Positions 1 through 8,477 of a stretch of DNA of 26,462 nucleotides are shown here, piece after piece. Origin of the DNA: an uncultured Nitrosopumilaceae archaeon (GTDB lineage Archaea > Thermoproteota > Nitrososphaeria > Nitrososphaerales > Nitrosopumilaceae); the NCBI GenBank assembly GCA_964508325.1, contig CAZDTF010000001.1, positions 1 through 26,462 on the forward strand, in the 5' to 3' direction. Position numbers and translations under genes: made by a program. How positions within the stretch are numbered: the first letter of the stretch is position 1; each line of letters opens with the position of its first letter. The notes beneath the pieces were generated by a model. That model had not been told where the DNA came from. It searched no databases and was given only the letters and a program-made list of their open reading frames with translations.

Positions 1-2
1 AA

Positions 3-674
3 AATTATGATAAGGTATGTGACAAAAAATATGTTATGCAAGGAAGTTGTAATGTTACTGGAATGGGAAGAATTCTTCAACCACTAAAAGAAAAATATGG
101 GAAAAAAATAAAAAGATTTGATGCAACACTTCTTCGCAGATGGGCAGATTTAGAAGATTCTACAACCGAAGTAAAAGACTCGATTGAATGGACACGTAAA
201 CCACATCATAATGAGGATGTTAAAAGCTATATGGGCAAAGATACTCCCTTGTTTATACGTGCATTCAAAGTGCCAACAAGACAGATGCATGTACATTTAA
301 TGGATATTAGATTCAACGAAACAGCTCCGTCAACATCAGAAATTGTAGATCTTTTCAAAAATGAATATGGTATTGCTACTTTGTATACTGCTAAAGGAAC
401 AAAAGATATTAGAGATTTTGCTGAAACCACAAAGTTCAGTTTCAAGGATACCAATATGATCCACATACATGCAGATATGTTAGAAGTGCAAGATGATGTT
501 GTAAAAATCACTTATTCTGATGATCAAACTGGAATAGTAGTACCTGAGAATCATCTTTTACTGCAAGCAATGTTATTCAAACGAAATCAAGACGATGCAT
601 TCAAGCACACCGAAAAACTGTTTCATATGGAAGAGAAAAAGAAGATTCTAGAGGAACATTTTGCAAAAAAGTAA
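3..674 (+). CDS. gap: Archaeal type II glyceraldehyde-3-phosphate dehydrogenase, C-terminal part (5' end lies outside the window)
   Basis: The frame is open from base 3 (NYDKVCDKKYVMQGSCNVTG). It matches archaeal GAPDH motifs: catalytic SCN, RRxAD, PHH, VPTxxMHVH and VVPEN. Confidence 0.85.
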   Translation, partial: NYDKVCDKKYVMQGSCNVTGMGRILQPLKEKYGKKIKRFDATLLRRWADLEDSTTEVKDSIEWTRKPHHNEDVKSYMGKDTPLFIRAFKVPTRQMHVHLMDIRFNETAPSTSEIVDLFKNEYGIATLYTAKGTKDIRDFAETTKFSFKDTNMIHIHADMLEVQDDVVKITYSDDQTGIVVPENHLLLQAMLFKRNQDDAFKHTEKLFHMEEKKKILEEHFAKK

Positions 675-727
675 ATCATATTATTTAAAAACTATGCATT
701 CTAACTTAAACCAGATAAGATTCTAAA

Positions 728-1633
728 TTGGGTGTTTCAGACAAACAGGGTGCTGCAAAAGACAGTGTTAGTGTTCTTAACAGAGGCCAGCGGGCAGCAA
801 GGCAATCGGTAATAACCCTTGCAGCTATCGGAGTAGCCGAGCTTATTGTAACTCTTTTTACTGGAAGTATTACCCTGACTGCAGATGGATTAGATTCTCT
901 TGCCGATGCCATGATTTCGTTTATTGTTTGGTTTGGAATCTTGATGGTAAAAAAACCAAGGAGCGATTTATTTCATTTTGGATATCGCAAAGTGGAAGTT
1001 TTAGCGGCATTCATTGCGGCGATAATTATTGTAATTTTAGGCATCCTTATCACATTACACGCAATTAACGCATTATACAATCAGATGGAAATGCGTTATC
1101 CAGAGATCACGATGATAACACTTGCAGCTGCTGGTGGAATTTCATTACATAGAGCTTTTGTCATAAGAAAGGTAGCTATAGAATCTAATTTAATATCACT
1201 AAAACTAGATGCAAAAAATTCAATAAAAGATGCTACCGCGTCATTTGTTGGACTAGTAAGTATACTTGTGGGCACGTATTCTACTTTCAAATTCATGGAT
1301 GCAATTGGTGGCATGATTATTGCAGGATACATTTTCCTGATGGCGTATACTGCAATTAAAGAATCCACATTGGTTCTTATAGATGCTGTCAATGATCCAC
1401 AAATTACAGACAGCATAAAAAAAATAATTTATGAGAAATTTGTTATACGAACGAAGGATATCTATTTGAGACCTGTCGGTACTGAATTTAATGCTGAGAT
1501 ACACATACTCTTATCAAGTGAAACTAGACTTGACGAAACAAGTAAAATAGTTAAAACAATATCCGATACAATAAAAAATGAATTAGATATTACCCGTGTA
1601 GTTATAGTCCCAGAACCAGAACCTTCAAACTAA
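728..1633 (+). CDS. Cation diffusion facilitator (CDF/FieF-like) metal transporter
   Basis: About 6 TM helices, SITLTADGLDSLAD, FHFGYRKVEVLAA, DAKNSIKD and a C-terminal dimerisation domain ending VVIVPEP. TTG start is approximate. Confidence 0.92.
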   Translation: MGVSDKQGAAKDSVSVLNRGQRAARQSVITLAAIGVAELIVTLFTGSITLTADGLDSLADAMISFIVWFGILMVKKPRSDLFHFGYRKVEVLAAFIAAIIIVILGILITLHAINALYNQMEMRYPEITMITLAAAGGISLHRAFVIRKVAIESNLISLKLDAKNSIKDATASFVGLVSILVGTYSTFKFMDAIGGMIIAGYIFLMAYTAIKESTLVLIDAVNDPQITDSIKKIIYEKFVIRTKDIYLRPVGTEFNAEIHILLSSETRLDETSKIVKTISDTIKNELDITRVVIVPEPEPSN

Positions 1634-2961
1634 GTTCTGGGCGGATTAGCAAACTTGTTTTGAGAATTTTTGTGATAATCTACTGGGATACTTGCATCTT
1701 TTTGCCTTCCTGTAAGAATTCCAACTACAGTGTCGTCTTTTTTAATAATTTCTTCAGCAACTAATTTTTTAACGCCCGCAGGAACTGCACCGGATGCCAT
1801 TTCGCAATCAAATCCATTCAATCCAACCAGTGCCATTCCGTCCAACATTTCTTGATCAGATACTTGAGTTACAACCCCATTTGTGAATTCAAGTGCACGT
1901 AAACCTTTGAGAATATTGGCTGGTTTTGCGATTTGAATGGCAGTAGCTTTAGTTTTTGGTCTTATCCCGTTTTTATCCAAATGAACATAATATTTTTTAA
2001 TTATTTCGACATCAGGTTTTCCTTTGCTCCAACGAAGCTTCGTATTCTCAAATTTGCCATTATAAAGTGTGTATAATGTATTTGCGCCCTCAGAATTAAC
2101 TACAGCAATTCGCGGAATTTTTTTTATCCATCCCCACTCATAAAGTTCCATAAGGCTTTTGCCACAACTCGATGTGTTTCCTAATGCACCTCCTGGGTAT
2201 ACAATCCAATCAGGCGGATTCCAATCAAGATGTTCTAATGCTCTGAACACAATTGTTTTTTGCCCTTCTATTCGGAACGGGTTGACAGAATTAACTGTAT
2301 ATCCACCAATCTCATTTGCTTTTTGTAACGAGGCCGAAAGTGCATCATCAAAATTTCCCTTTATTTCAATCACTTGTGCACCAAATTGAAATGCTTGACT
2401 TAGCTTTCCTGGTGCTACTTCCCCTGAGGGAATATAAACATCACATTCGATATTTTCGTTTGCCGCATACATTGCAGCAGATGCCGAAGTATTACCTGTA
2501 GAAGCACAGATGATTTTTTTTATGTTAACTAATTTAGCATGCGTTATTGCAGTTGACATTCCGTTGTCCTTGAAGGAACCACTCGGATTATATCCTTCGG
2601 GTTGAAGCCAAAGATTTTTGAGTCCTACATAATCAGAAACCTTTGACATGTGATATGGTTTAGATAATCTTCCTTCAGATCCATCTAAGGAAACAAGGTA
2701 TTTTGAACACTCTTCAAAATTTTCAGTGTCGATTTGACAAAAATTTAATAGATCCCTGAATCTCCAGACTCCACTTTCATTAAAGATGTTATTTGCATGA
2801 TTTCTTCTTTTATAAAATACATCTTTAAGCAATGTAGAAGGAGCAGTTTTGTATTTTATGTCTAATAAGTGACCACGATCACATTCTATCCTGATATCAA
2901 AGATGGGATATTCTAAACCACATGTGGGTTCAATACATTTTTGCAAAGCTCCGGACTGCAA
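1630..2961 (-). CDS. thrC: Threonine synthase (PLP-dependent)
   Basis: N-terminal Cys cluster, NPSGSFKDNG PLP-lysine motif, CASTGNTSASAA, NSVNPFRIEGQKT, PGGALGN and EMASG. It overlaps the CDF stop by 4 bp, convergently. Confidence 0.95.
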   Translation of the reverse strand: MQSGALQKCIEPTCGLEYPIFDIRIECDRGHLLDIKYKTAPSTLLKDVFYKRRNHANNIFNESGVWRFRDLLNFCQIDTENFEECSKYLVSLDGSEGRLSKPYHMSKVSDYVGLKNLWLQPEGYNPSGSFKDNGMSTAITHAKLVNIKKIICASTGNTSASAAMYAANENIECDVYIPSGEVAPGKLSQAFQFGAQVIEIKGNFDDALSASLQKANEIGGYTVNSVNPFRIEGQKTIVFRALEHLDWNPPDWIVYPGGALGNTSSCGKSLMELYEWGWIKKIPRIAVVNSEGANTLYTLYNGKFENTKLRWSKGKPDVEIIKKYYVHLDKNGIRPKTKATAIQIAKPANILKGLRALEFTNGVVTQVSDQEMLDGMALVGLNGFDCEMASGAVPAGVKKLVAEEIIKKDDTVVGILTGRQKDASIPVDYHKNSQNKFANPPRT

Positions 2962-3155
2962 TATATGGAAACTGTAGAAAGTACTTATTTAAATCTAGAG
3001 AATAACAGAAGAATATCTAATTAATAAAATTTGATATTTTTGATGTATTCATTATCATATTGTATCATATCATTTTGTGAACTTATTAACGGGAACTACA
3101 AAACTAGATTGAAAATAAAGTAATGATTTAGTATAAAATTTGAAAAAGAAATAAC

Positions 3156-3269
3156 CTATTTTTTTGGTCCTGATCTTGTGTGAAAATTAAGACAGCATTT
3201 GCATTCTTTTGCAATACATTCACTTTCAGAAACATGCCCGCAAATGCCACACTCACAATGAGTTTGCAT
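3156..3269 (-). CDS. Cys/His-rich metallothionein-like microprotein (37 aa; not in ORF track)
   Basis: Manual translation: MQTHCECGICGHVSESECIAKECKCCLNFHTRSGPKK* (7 Cys, 3 His). ATG start, with TTATAT 23-28 nt upstream on the minus strand. Confidence 0.72.
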   Translation of the reverse strand: MQTHCECGICGHVSESECIAKECKCCLNFHTRSGPKK

Positions 3270-3340
3270 GTAAATCAGTGGATTTTAGATGATATAACCC
3301 ATACGGGGGACATTTTCCTGATTTATAACTCAATAAATTA

Positions 3341-3712
3341 TTACTTTCTTGATTTCTTGGCAGATTTAAGTGCAGATTTGGCTGCTTTTTTGGCAGATTT
3401 TGCAGCGTCTTCAGTATGTTTTGTTTTTGCTTCATCGGCTTCTTTTGTTTTTTCATCTACTGCTTTCATTATTGATTGGATCAAGCCATCTAGATCACTG
3501 TCCGATACGATCGGTTCAACAGCAGTCGCAATCTGATTAATTGTATTTGATATAGCTGAGCTCACCTCTTCAAAACTCTCCGGATCCTCGTATGCAGCAT
3601 TGTATAATGCTTTTAGACGTCTTACGTCCATTAATAGTTGGTCAGTCATGGTTAAGCGGAATTTTTTTCCATTAACCGTGATTTCCTGAATTATCATGTC
3701 TGCACTCTTCAT
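3341..3712 (-). CDS. Conserved hypothetical protein with Lys/Ala-rich basic C-terminal tail
   Basis: The ORF track gives 3341..3745; the ATG at 3712 (MKSADM) is the more likely start. The tail is DAAKSAKKAAKSALKSAKKSRK. Confidence 0.75.
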   Translation of the reverse strand: MKSADMIIQEITVNGKKFRLTMTDQLLMDVRRLKALYNAAYEDPESFEEVSSAISNTINQIATAVEPIVSDSDLDGLIQSIMKAVDEKTKEADEAKTKHTEDAAKSAKKAAKSALKSAKKSRK

Positions 3713-3776
3713 TCTACTTTCATAAAGGTTTCTGTAAACAAACAACTAATAACAGAATAGTTGTGATTTAATAAAA

Positions 3777-4679
3777 TTGAATAGAAGAATAGCAGAAATG
3801 GCTCAGAGATATTTTGCAACAGGAGTCAGTCTGATCACATCTTCTGGTCCATATGGACAAAATGTTATGGCTGCAGAATGGACCATACAGATTTCATACA
3901 AACCAATGCTTATGGCTATCTTTATTCATGAGAACACTGTAACTTTCCAGAATATCAAAAAAACAAAGGAGTTTGGAATAAACGTATCCTCTGAGGAACA
4001 AACAATGGCAGTAAACATAGCTGGTGGCTACTCAAAAAAGGAAATTGATAAATTAAAAATCAAAAATTCTTTTAATATTATACCATCAAGAAAAATAAAT
4101 TCCCCGATGATTTGTGGATGTATCATAAATGCTGAATGTCAAGTGATTACAATGAAAAAACTTGGTGATCATACCATGATTGTCGGTAAGGTGACTGCAA
4201 TCTCATATGACAAGTCAAAAAGACCACTAGTTTATCACACTGGTAGATATTTTCGAATTGGTCAGATAATAGAATCCTTCAGAAAAACAATAAATGTTGA
4301 TAATGCAACATTTGATTGGTTTTCTATTGAATCTGAAGGTAAATTTGTGCTAAAAGGTATTTGTCTTGTAATCAAACTCAATGATAAAATTTTGGTTTTA
4401 AAACACACTAGAAAAAACAATTCATACTTGACAATCCCATATGTCGTGCCTAAAAGAGGGATTGAGTATACGAAAGCTCTTGATTCTTATCTAAAAAAAT
4501 TAGACTTGAAGGTAACAATAAACAAGGTTCCGGTACTCAAAAGATTAACCTTAAAGAACAAAAAGAAAATTCAAAGGATCAACCTTGTTTTGTTTGAAGG
4601 CAAATTAAAATCAGACTCTAAAAATTACATATGGAGATTCATAAAGTCAAATTCGTTATTACATGAATTAACGGATTAG
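3777..4679 (+). CDS. Flavin reductase-like (FMN-binding split barrel) protein fused to a degenerate Nudix-like domain
   Basis: TGVSLITS, NVMAAEW, FGINV and GDHTMIVGKV...PLVYHTG are typical flavin reductase motifs. The C-terminal ~120 aa has a Nudix-like pattern (ILVLK...LTIP...G) without the catalytic Glu residues. Confidence 0.85.
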   Translation: MNRRIAEMAQRYFATGVSLITSSGPYGQNVMAAEWTIQISYKPMLMAIFIHENTVTFQNIKKTKEFGINVSSEEQTMAVNIAGGYSKKEIDKLKIKNSFNIIPSRKINSPMICGCIINAECQVITMKKLGDHTMIVGKVTAISYDKSKRPLVYHTGRYFRIGQIIESFRKTINVDNATFDWFSIESEGKFVLKGICLVIKLNDKILVLKHTRKNNSYLTIPYVVPKRGIEYTKALDSYLKKLDLKVTINKVPVLKRLTLKNKKKIQRINLVLFEGKLKSDSKNYIWRFIKSNSLLHELTD

Positions 4680-5035
4680 ATTACGATATAATCTAGTGCT
4701 ACTGCGTCACTAAGCAAAAGCGAATGTCGTGTACTAAGTATGTAACCATTTTTAACATCTGTTGTTTGAACCCATCTGTTTGTTGAACTATAATGCCTTT
4801 TTTCTTTCATTTCTTTTTCAATCTCTTTAAGATCAAACTCACCTTCTTCAACCTGTTGAGTCTGAATGTGCTTTATGGTTAAAAGAATTTTTTTGACCTT
4901 TACTCTCACGCCAAACCTCCACACATGATCTGGGGTTTCATCTTCTACTTCTAGTAGTTTTAATTTGATTTCTTTAGTACCAAATGCATCGTGACTTATT
5001 AGACTTCGTTCGTCAACAAAGTTCTCGAAGCTCAT
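4676..5035 (-). CDS. Conserved hypothetical protein
   Basis: 119-aa ATG ORF with globular composition; 4-bp convergent overlap with the upstream gene. Confidence 0.7.
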   Translation of the reverse strand: MSFENFVDERSLISHDAFGTKEIKLKLLEVEDETPDHVWRFGVRVKVKKILLTIKHIQTQQVEEGEFDLKEIEKEMKEKRHYSSTNRWVQTTDVKNGYILSTRHSLLLSDAVALDYIVI

Positions 5036-5075
5036 TGCATTAAATCAGGCATAGTCATTAAAGAAGTATTCGATA

Positions 5076-5705
5076 TTATGATATCCAGTGTTTTGATTTG
5101 AAAGGCATTTGATAGTTTTCTAGTTCAAGCTTTTGTCTTTTCCCATTAACAAGAGCGTATGTTTTTCCTTCATACGTACAAACACAGTCTGTAATAGGGC
5201 TTGATTCATCCCATGTTTTGTAAAACTCTCGAAGTTGTCTGTGTTCATATTTGCCTGTCCCTGTTCTTTTCTTTGAGAGAAATTTGAAGGCAAGTATCAT
5301 CTTTCTTGTTTGATAGAGCTCAAAGGTATTAATCCACTTTAAACATCGTATAATTTGATCATATGGAACATGAAGTGTTGTCCCAGTTCCAGATTTTGCT
5401 TCGATGGTAAAAATTGTATTTGCACTAGTACTTACTGCCAAAATATCCGGTAGTGCTACGCTTGGGGAACCAAGTCTAAAGGCCTTCCAGCCTTCAGCAG
5501 CATTGAATCGTTTTACCAACGTATCTTCCCAATTATAACCACGTTGTCGTCTTGTCCTGGCTATTTTTTTATTGGCAATGTCATGAAGTATATTGTCTTC
5601 TTCATTTTCCTCCTTAGATTCTAAAATTGGTATGTAATTTTTATGGCTTAGCATAATCGACTTTTTTATAGAATTTTTTCTTTTAAGTGACACCATATCA
5701 TCCAA
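5076..5705 (-). CDS. hjc: Hjc-like Holliday junction resolvase (PD-(D/E)xK nuclease)
   Basis: RGYNWEDTLV...FRLGSPSVALPDILAV...IEAKS...VPYDQI matches the archaeal Hjc pattern. The true start may lie downstream of 5705. Confidence 0.75.
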   Translation of the reverse strand: MDDMVSLKRKNSIKKSIMLSHKNYIPILESKEENEEDNILHDIANKKIARTRRQRGYNWEDTLVKRFNAAEGWKAFRLGSPSVALPDILAVSTSANTIFTIEAKSGTGTTLHVPYDQIIRCLKWINTFELYQTRKMILAFKFLSKKRTGTGKYEHRQLREFYKTWDESSPITDCVCTYEGKTYALVNGKRQKLELENYQMPFKSKHWIS

Positions 5706-5888
5706 TCAATTTTGTCATATAGAACTCTGGTAATTATGTTAATACCTAGTAAAAAAACTGTTTTTAAGCTAAATTAATTGGTATAATCCCAATTGAATTA
5801 TTTGGTTTTACATATCTTATAATTCCGGGATATATTTTAAAAAATGAATTAGTCAGGATTAATATGTGCTGGTAAATTACTACAAAAC

Positions 5889-6224
5889 ATGTCTCATGAA
5901 GAATCGATTATAACCTACCTAAAATACAAAACATATGAAGATCTTTTAAAGGTAATTTTATATTCTTCTCAGTCAGTCTTAGGCGCAATTCCGTTATTAT
6001 ATCATATTAATTACAATAATCAAGAGGTTGTGTTTATTCAAACGGGTGGTGTAGGGAGCAATACAGTTCACTACATGTTACCAAAGGAAAAACCAAGTAA
6101 GAAGTTTATTGAATTGAAGAGATTAACAGGGGAATTTAGCTTTGTTGATAAAATAGGCAGTGATGGAATGTCACTTTATATCCCAATCTTAGATCTCGAA
6201 AAATCAACTTTAAAATTTCCATAA
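5889..6224 (+). CDS. Conserved archaeal hypothetical protein
   Basis: 111-aa ATG ORF, divergent from the Hjc-like gene; ends YIPILDLEK. Confidence 0.7.
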   Translation: MSHEESIITYLKYKTYEDLLKVILYSSQSVLGAIPLLYHINYNNQEVVFIQTGGVGSNTVHYMLPKEKPSKKFIELKRLTGEFSFVDKIGSDGMSLYIPILDLEKSTLKFP

Positions 6225-6266
6225 TTAAGTAACCCCCAAGCTAGACTTTGTGGATGTTTAGTCATC

Positions 6267-6377
6267 TTAATTCATTAATCTGTCATAATTTACTTTTATT
6301 TTATGGCAATGGCAATCACATGGTATGGTTAGACAATCTTGGTGTTTCGTAGATTTGCATTCGATAGCTATGAACAA
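6267..6377 (-). CDS. Cys/His-rich microprotein with CxCxCH motif (36 aa; not in ORF track)
   Basis: Manual translation from TTG: MFIAIECKSTKHQDCLTIPCDCHCHKIKVNYDRLMN*. AAAGGAG lies 9 nt upstream of the TTG, and the ORF starts 6 nt after the stop of the 6384..6689 gene. Confidence 0.68.
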   Translation of the reverse strand: MFIAIECKSTKHQDCLTIPCDCHCHKIKVNYDRLMN

Positions 6378-6383
6378 AATAGT

Positions 6384-6689
6384 TTACTCCTTTGGCAAAA
6401 CCTTAAAGTGTATGTGAAAAAGCAGATAGCTTCCAAAAATCATCAACCCAATCCACAATGCAACTAGTATTGAGGATGTGTTGCTATCCAGATTTGATCC
6501 AGAATTATTTTTGCTGACAGGATGACTTAATAAATTATGGGAGTTATTCGCTAAAAATTTGTTTCCTACTATTCCAAAGTTTATGTTAGAATAAAAGGAA
6601 AGGTAGGAAAAAACCGACATTGTTGTGACAATGCCAATAACTAAACACATTATTACCACATAGCGACGTTTGGAGATAATTTTACTCAA
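6384..6689 (-). CDS. Hypothetical membrane protein (2 TM)
   Basis: Two hydrophobic segments flank an Asn/Ser-rich loop. TTG start. Confidence 0.6.
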   Translation of the reverse strand: MSKIISKRRYVVIMCLVIGIVTTMSVFSYLSFYSNINFGIVGNKFLANNSHNLLSHPVSKNNSGSNLDSNTSSILVALWIGLMIFGSYLLFHIHFKVLPKE

Positions 6690-6720
6690 TTATATCAAAA
6701 AGGCTTTGTTTTTGATATAA
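6690..6720. repeat. Perfect 12-bp inverted repeat (TTATATCAAAAA-N7-TTTTTGATATAA)
   Basis: Arms are 6690-6701 and 6709-6720, directly upstream of the 6689 start codon. Confidence 0.8.
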
Positions 6721-6923
6721 CGAGTTGTAAGTGTTAGAAAATCACATACAGGTTAGATCAAATTTTTAGGATTTGTTTGGTCGGAAGTTTTTTAAGTGAA
6801 TTTGTGGCGTCCTGATTTCTGATATTTCTGTGGGTTGCAAAACCCAATAAAACCAAGAAAAATGACATTATTTGACATATTAGGTGAATGAGATTTGATT
6901 TAAGATTATTAACCTCTGGCATG

Positions 6924-6941
6924 ATTTCCAAATATGGGAAT
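6924..6941. promoter_or_regulatory. Palindromic operator candidate ATTTCCA-AATA-TGGGAAT
   Basis: Overlaps the DMT start codon; TTATTAA lies at 6906-6912. One of five copies in the window. Confidence 0.6.
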
Positions 6942-7917
6942 CACTTCAGATATTGGGAGAATCAAATTCACATCCCCTACAACTTTAGGATATCTAGTTG
7001 TAATTATTGCTGCTACCCTAGAAGCTCTTCGGCAGATTCTATCAAAAGCATTGTTAGTACCAAGTGATCAGGTAACTGCAGAGTTAAATCCAGTTACTGT
7101 CTCTTTTTTCATTTTTATTATTAACGGATTATTTTTTTCACCACTTACCAGAAATAGTGGCTCAATTAGGAAAATCAAAAGAAAGGATTTATTTTTCTTA
7201 ATGTTAATAGGAATTGCGGAAAGTTCAGCGTTAATTACCTACTTTCTTGGATTACGTGACTCCACTGCACTTAATGCATCAGTCCTTAACAACGGAGAAA
7301 TAATGTTTTCAATTTTGTTAGCTGTTATAATTTTCCGCGAAAAGTTTCAAAAAATGGAACGAGTTCCTTTTGCAATGATAATAATCGGAATGGTAGTTTT
7401 ACCGATTGGTTATGACTTTTATGCCAACGGAATAACTATGACGAAGCTGGTTTTTGGCGATATTTTGCTTCTCTTGGCAGGACTGTTTTGGGCCCTTGAT
7501 ATCAACTTGTCACATCATATCAGTAGCAGATTAGGTTCACAACGAATAACCCAAATAGCTTCTTTTTTAGCAGGATTGTTTGCTTTGTGTTTGATTTTAG
7601 GTTTTCAAATTCCATTTAAAATTGATATAACACACATACCGTCTATTGCAATTGTTGGTATTGTTAGTATAGGAATGTCTACGGCTCTTTTCATTACAGG
7701 GTTAAAATTAATAGGAGCAGTACGAACAATCCTGATCTATTCCATAAATTCAGCTTTTGGAGTAATTTTTTCTGGTATATTTTTGCATGAAAATATAACC
7801 ATTGTTAGTATCCTTTCTGTTAGTTTGGCTTTCCTGGGAATTTATCTACTTAGAAATAGATTAGGCAGTGGTGGCCAAAAATTGACGGTAGGGGACAAAG
7901 AAGCAAAGCATGATTAG
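6934..7917 (+). CDS. DMT/EamA-family transporter
   Basis: About 10 TM helices in two EamA repeats; LAVIIFREK and FSGIFLHENIT end motifs. Confidence 0.9.
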   Translation: MGITSDIGRIKFTSPTTLGYLVVIIAATLEALRQILSKALLVPSDQVTAELNPVTVSFFIFIINGLFFSPLTRNSGSIRKIKRKDLFFLMLIGIAESSALITYFLGLRDSTALNASVLNNGEIMFSILLAVIIFREKFQKMERVPFAMIIIGMVVLPIGYDFYANGITMTKLVFGDILLLLAGLFWALDINLSHHISSRLGSQRITQIASFLAGLFALCLILGFQIPFKIDITHIPSIAIVGIVSIGMSTALFITGLKLIGAVRTILIYSINSAFGVIFSGIFLHENITIVSILSVSLAFLGIYLLRNRLGSGGQKLTVGDKEAKHD

Positions 7918-8419
7918 TTTTAAGAGATTATGCGAAAGTTGCCAGCATCAAGGGTGCTGCACAAATTCCTCTGTCCCATTAGTATTCCCAAGTGATTTAA
8001 ACGCATTAAAATCCATTGGAAAGTCTGGAGAGAAATACTTACAACTAGTTACAATAAAAGATAAAAAAGTATTTGCCCTTAAAAAGAAAAATAATTCAAA
8101 TGTTTGTATTTTCTGGGACGAAAATAAAAAAATGTGCTCAATTTATGAAAATAGACCATTTGATTGTAGAGCATATCCTTTTGACATTTGTCTAATTGAT
8201 GGAAAATACCATTGGATAGTGTATTCATGCAATCCAGATAGTGATTGGCACTGGAGTGAAAACTATTTACAGGCGTTAGAAAAAGACATGGAATTAAACG
8301 AAATTTTTAGCAATATTGAAACTTTTGCTAATAATACAGAATTAATTTTACCACGCGAATCAGAAAAAACTCCATACACAATATTACGTGAAGTAAAATA
8401 TAAAAAACCTGATGAATGA
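7910..8419 (+). CDS. YkgJ-family cysteine-cluster (Zn or Fe-S chelating) protein
   Basis: CESCQHQGCC...CIFWD...CSIYENRPFDCRAYPF signature; 8-bp overlap with the DMT gene. Confidence 0.9.
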   Translation: MISFKRLCESCQHQGCCTNSSVPLVFPSDLNALKSIGKSGEKYLQLVTIKDKKVFALKKKNNSNVCIFWDENKKMCSIYENRPFDCRAYPFDICLIDGKYHWIVYSCNPDSDWHWSENYLQALEKDMELNEIFSNIETFANNTELILPRESEKTPYTILREVKYKKPDE

Positions 8420-8477
8420 ATTTAGCAAGTTTTCTATTTCAGGATATACTAAGGCGATTGAAATTTACTATATTAAC

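Noticed and set aside
227-2501. Several short antisense ORFs (227..511, 706..912, 1096..1416, 1253..1504, 2159..2389, 2316..2501)
   Set aside because: All lie opposite clearly identifiable genes and carry no motifs.
3253-3456. 67-aa minus-strand ORF
   Set aside because: It is an alternative frame overlapping the 3341 gene, with low-complexity K/Q/N composition caused by that gene's tail.
3180-3536. 118-aa + strand ORF
   Set aside because: It is the antisense shadow of the Lys/Ala-rich gene and the Cys-rich microprotein, with no protein-like features of its own.
6831-6846. TGGGTT-GCAA-AACCCA GNRA-type hairpin
   Set aside because: The stem is only 6 bp with no further structure; this is insufficient evidence for an ncRNA.
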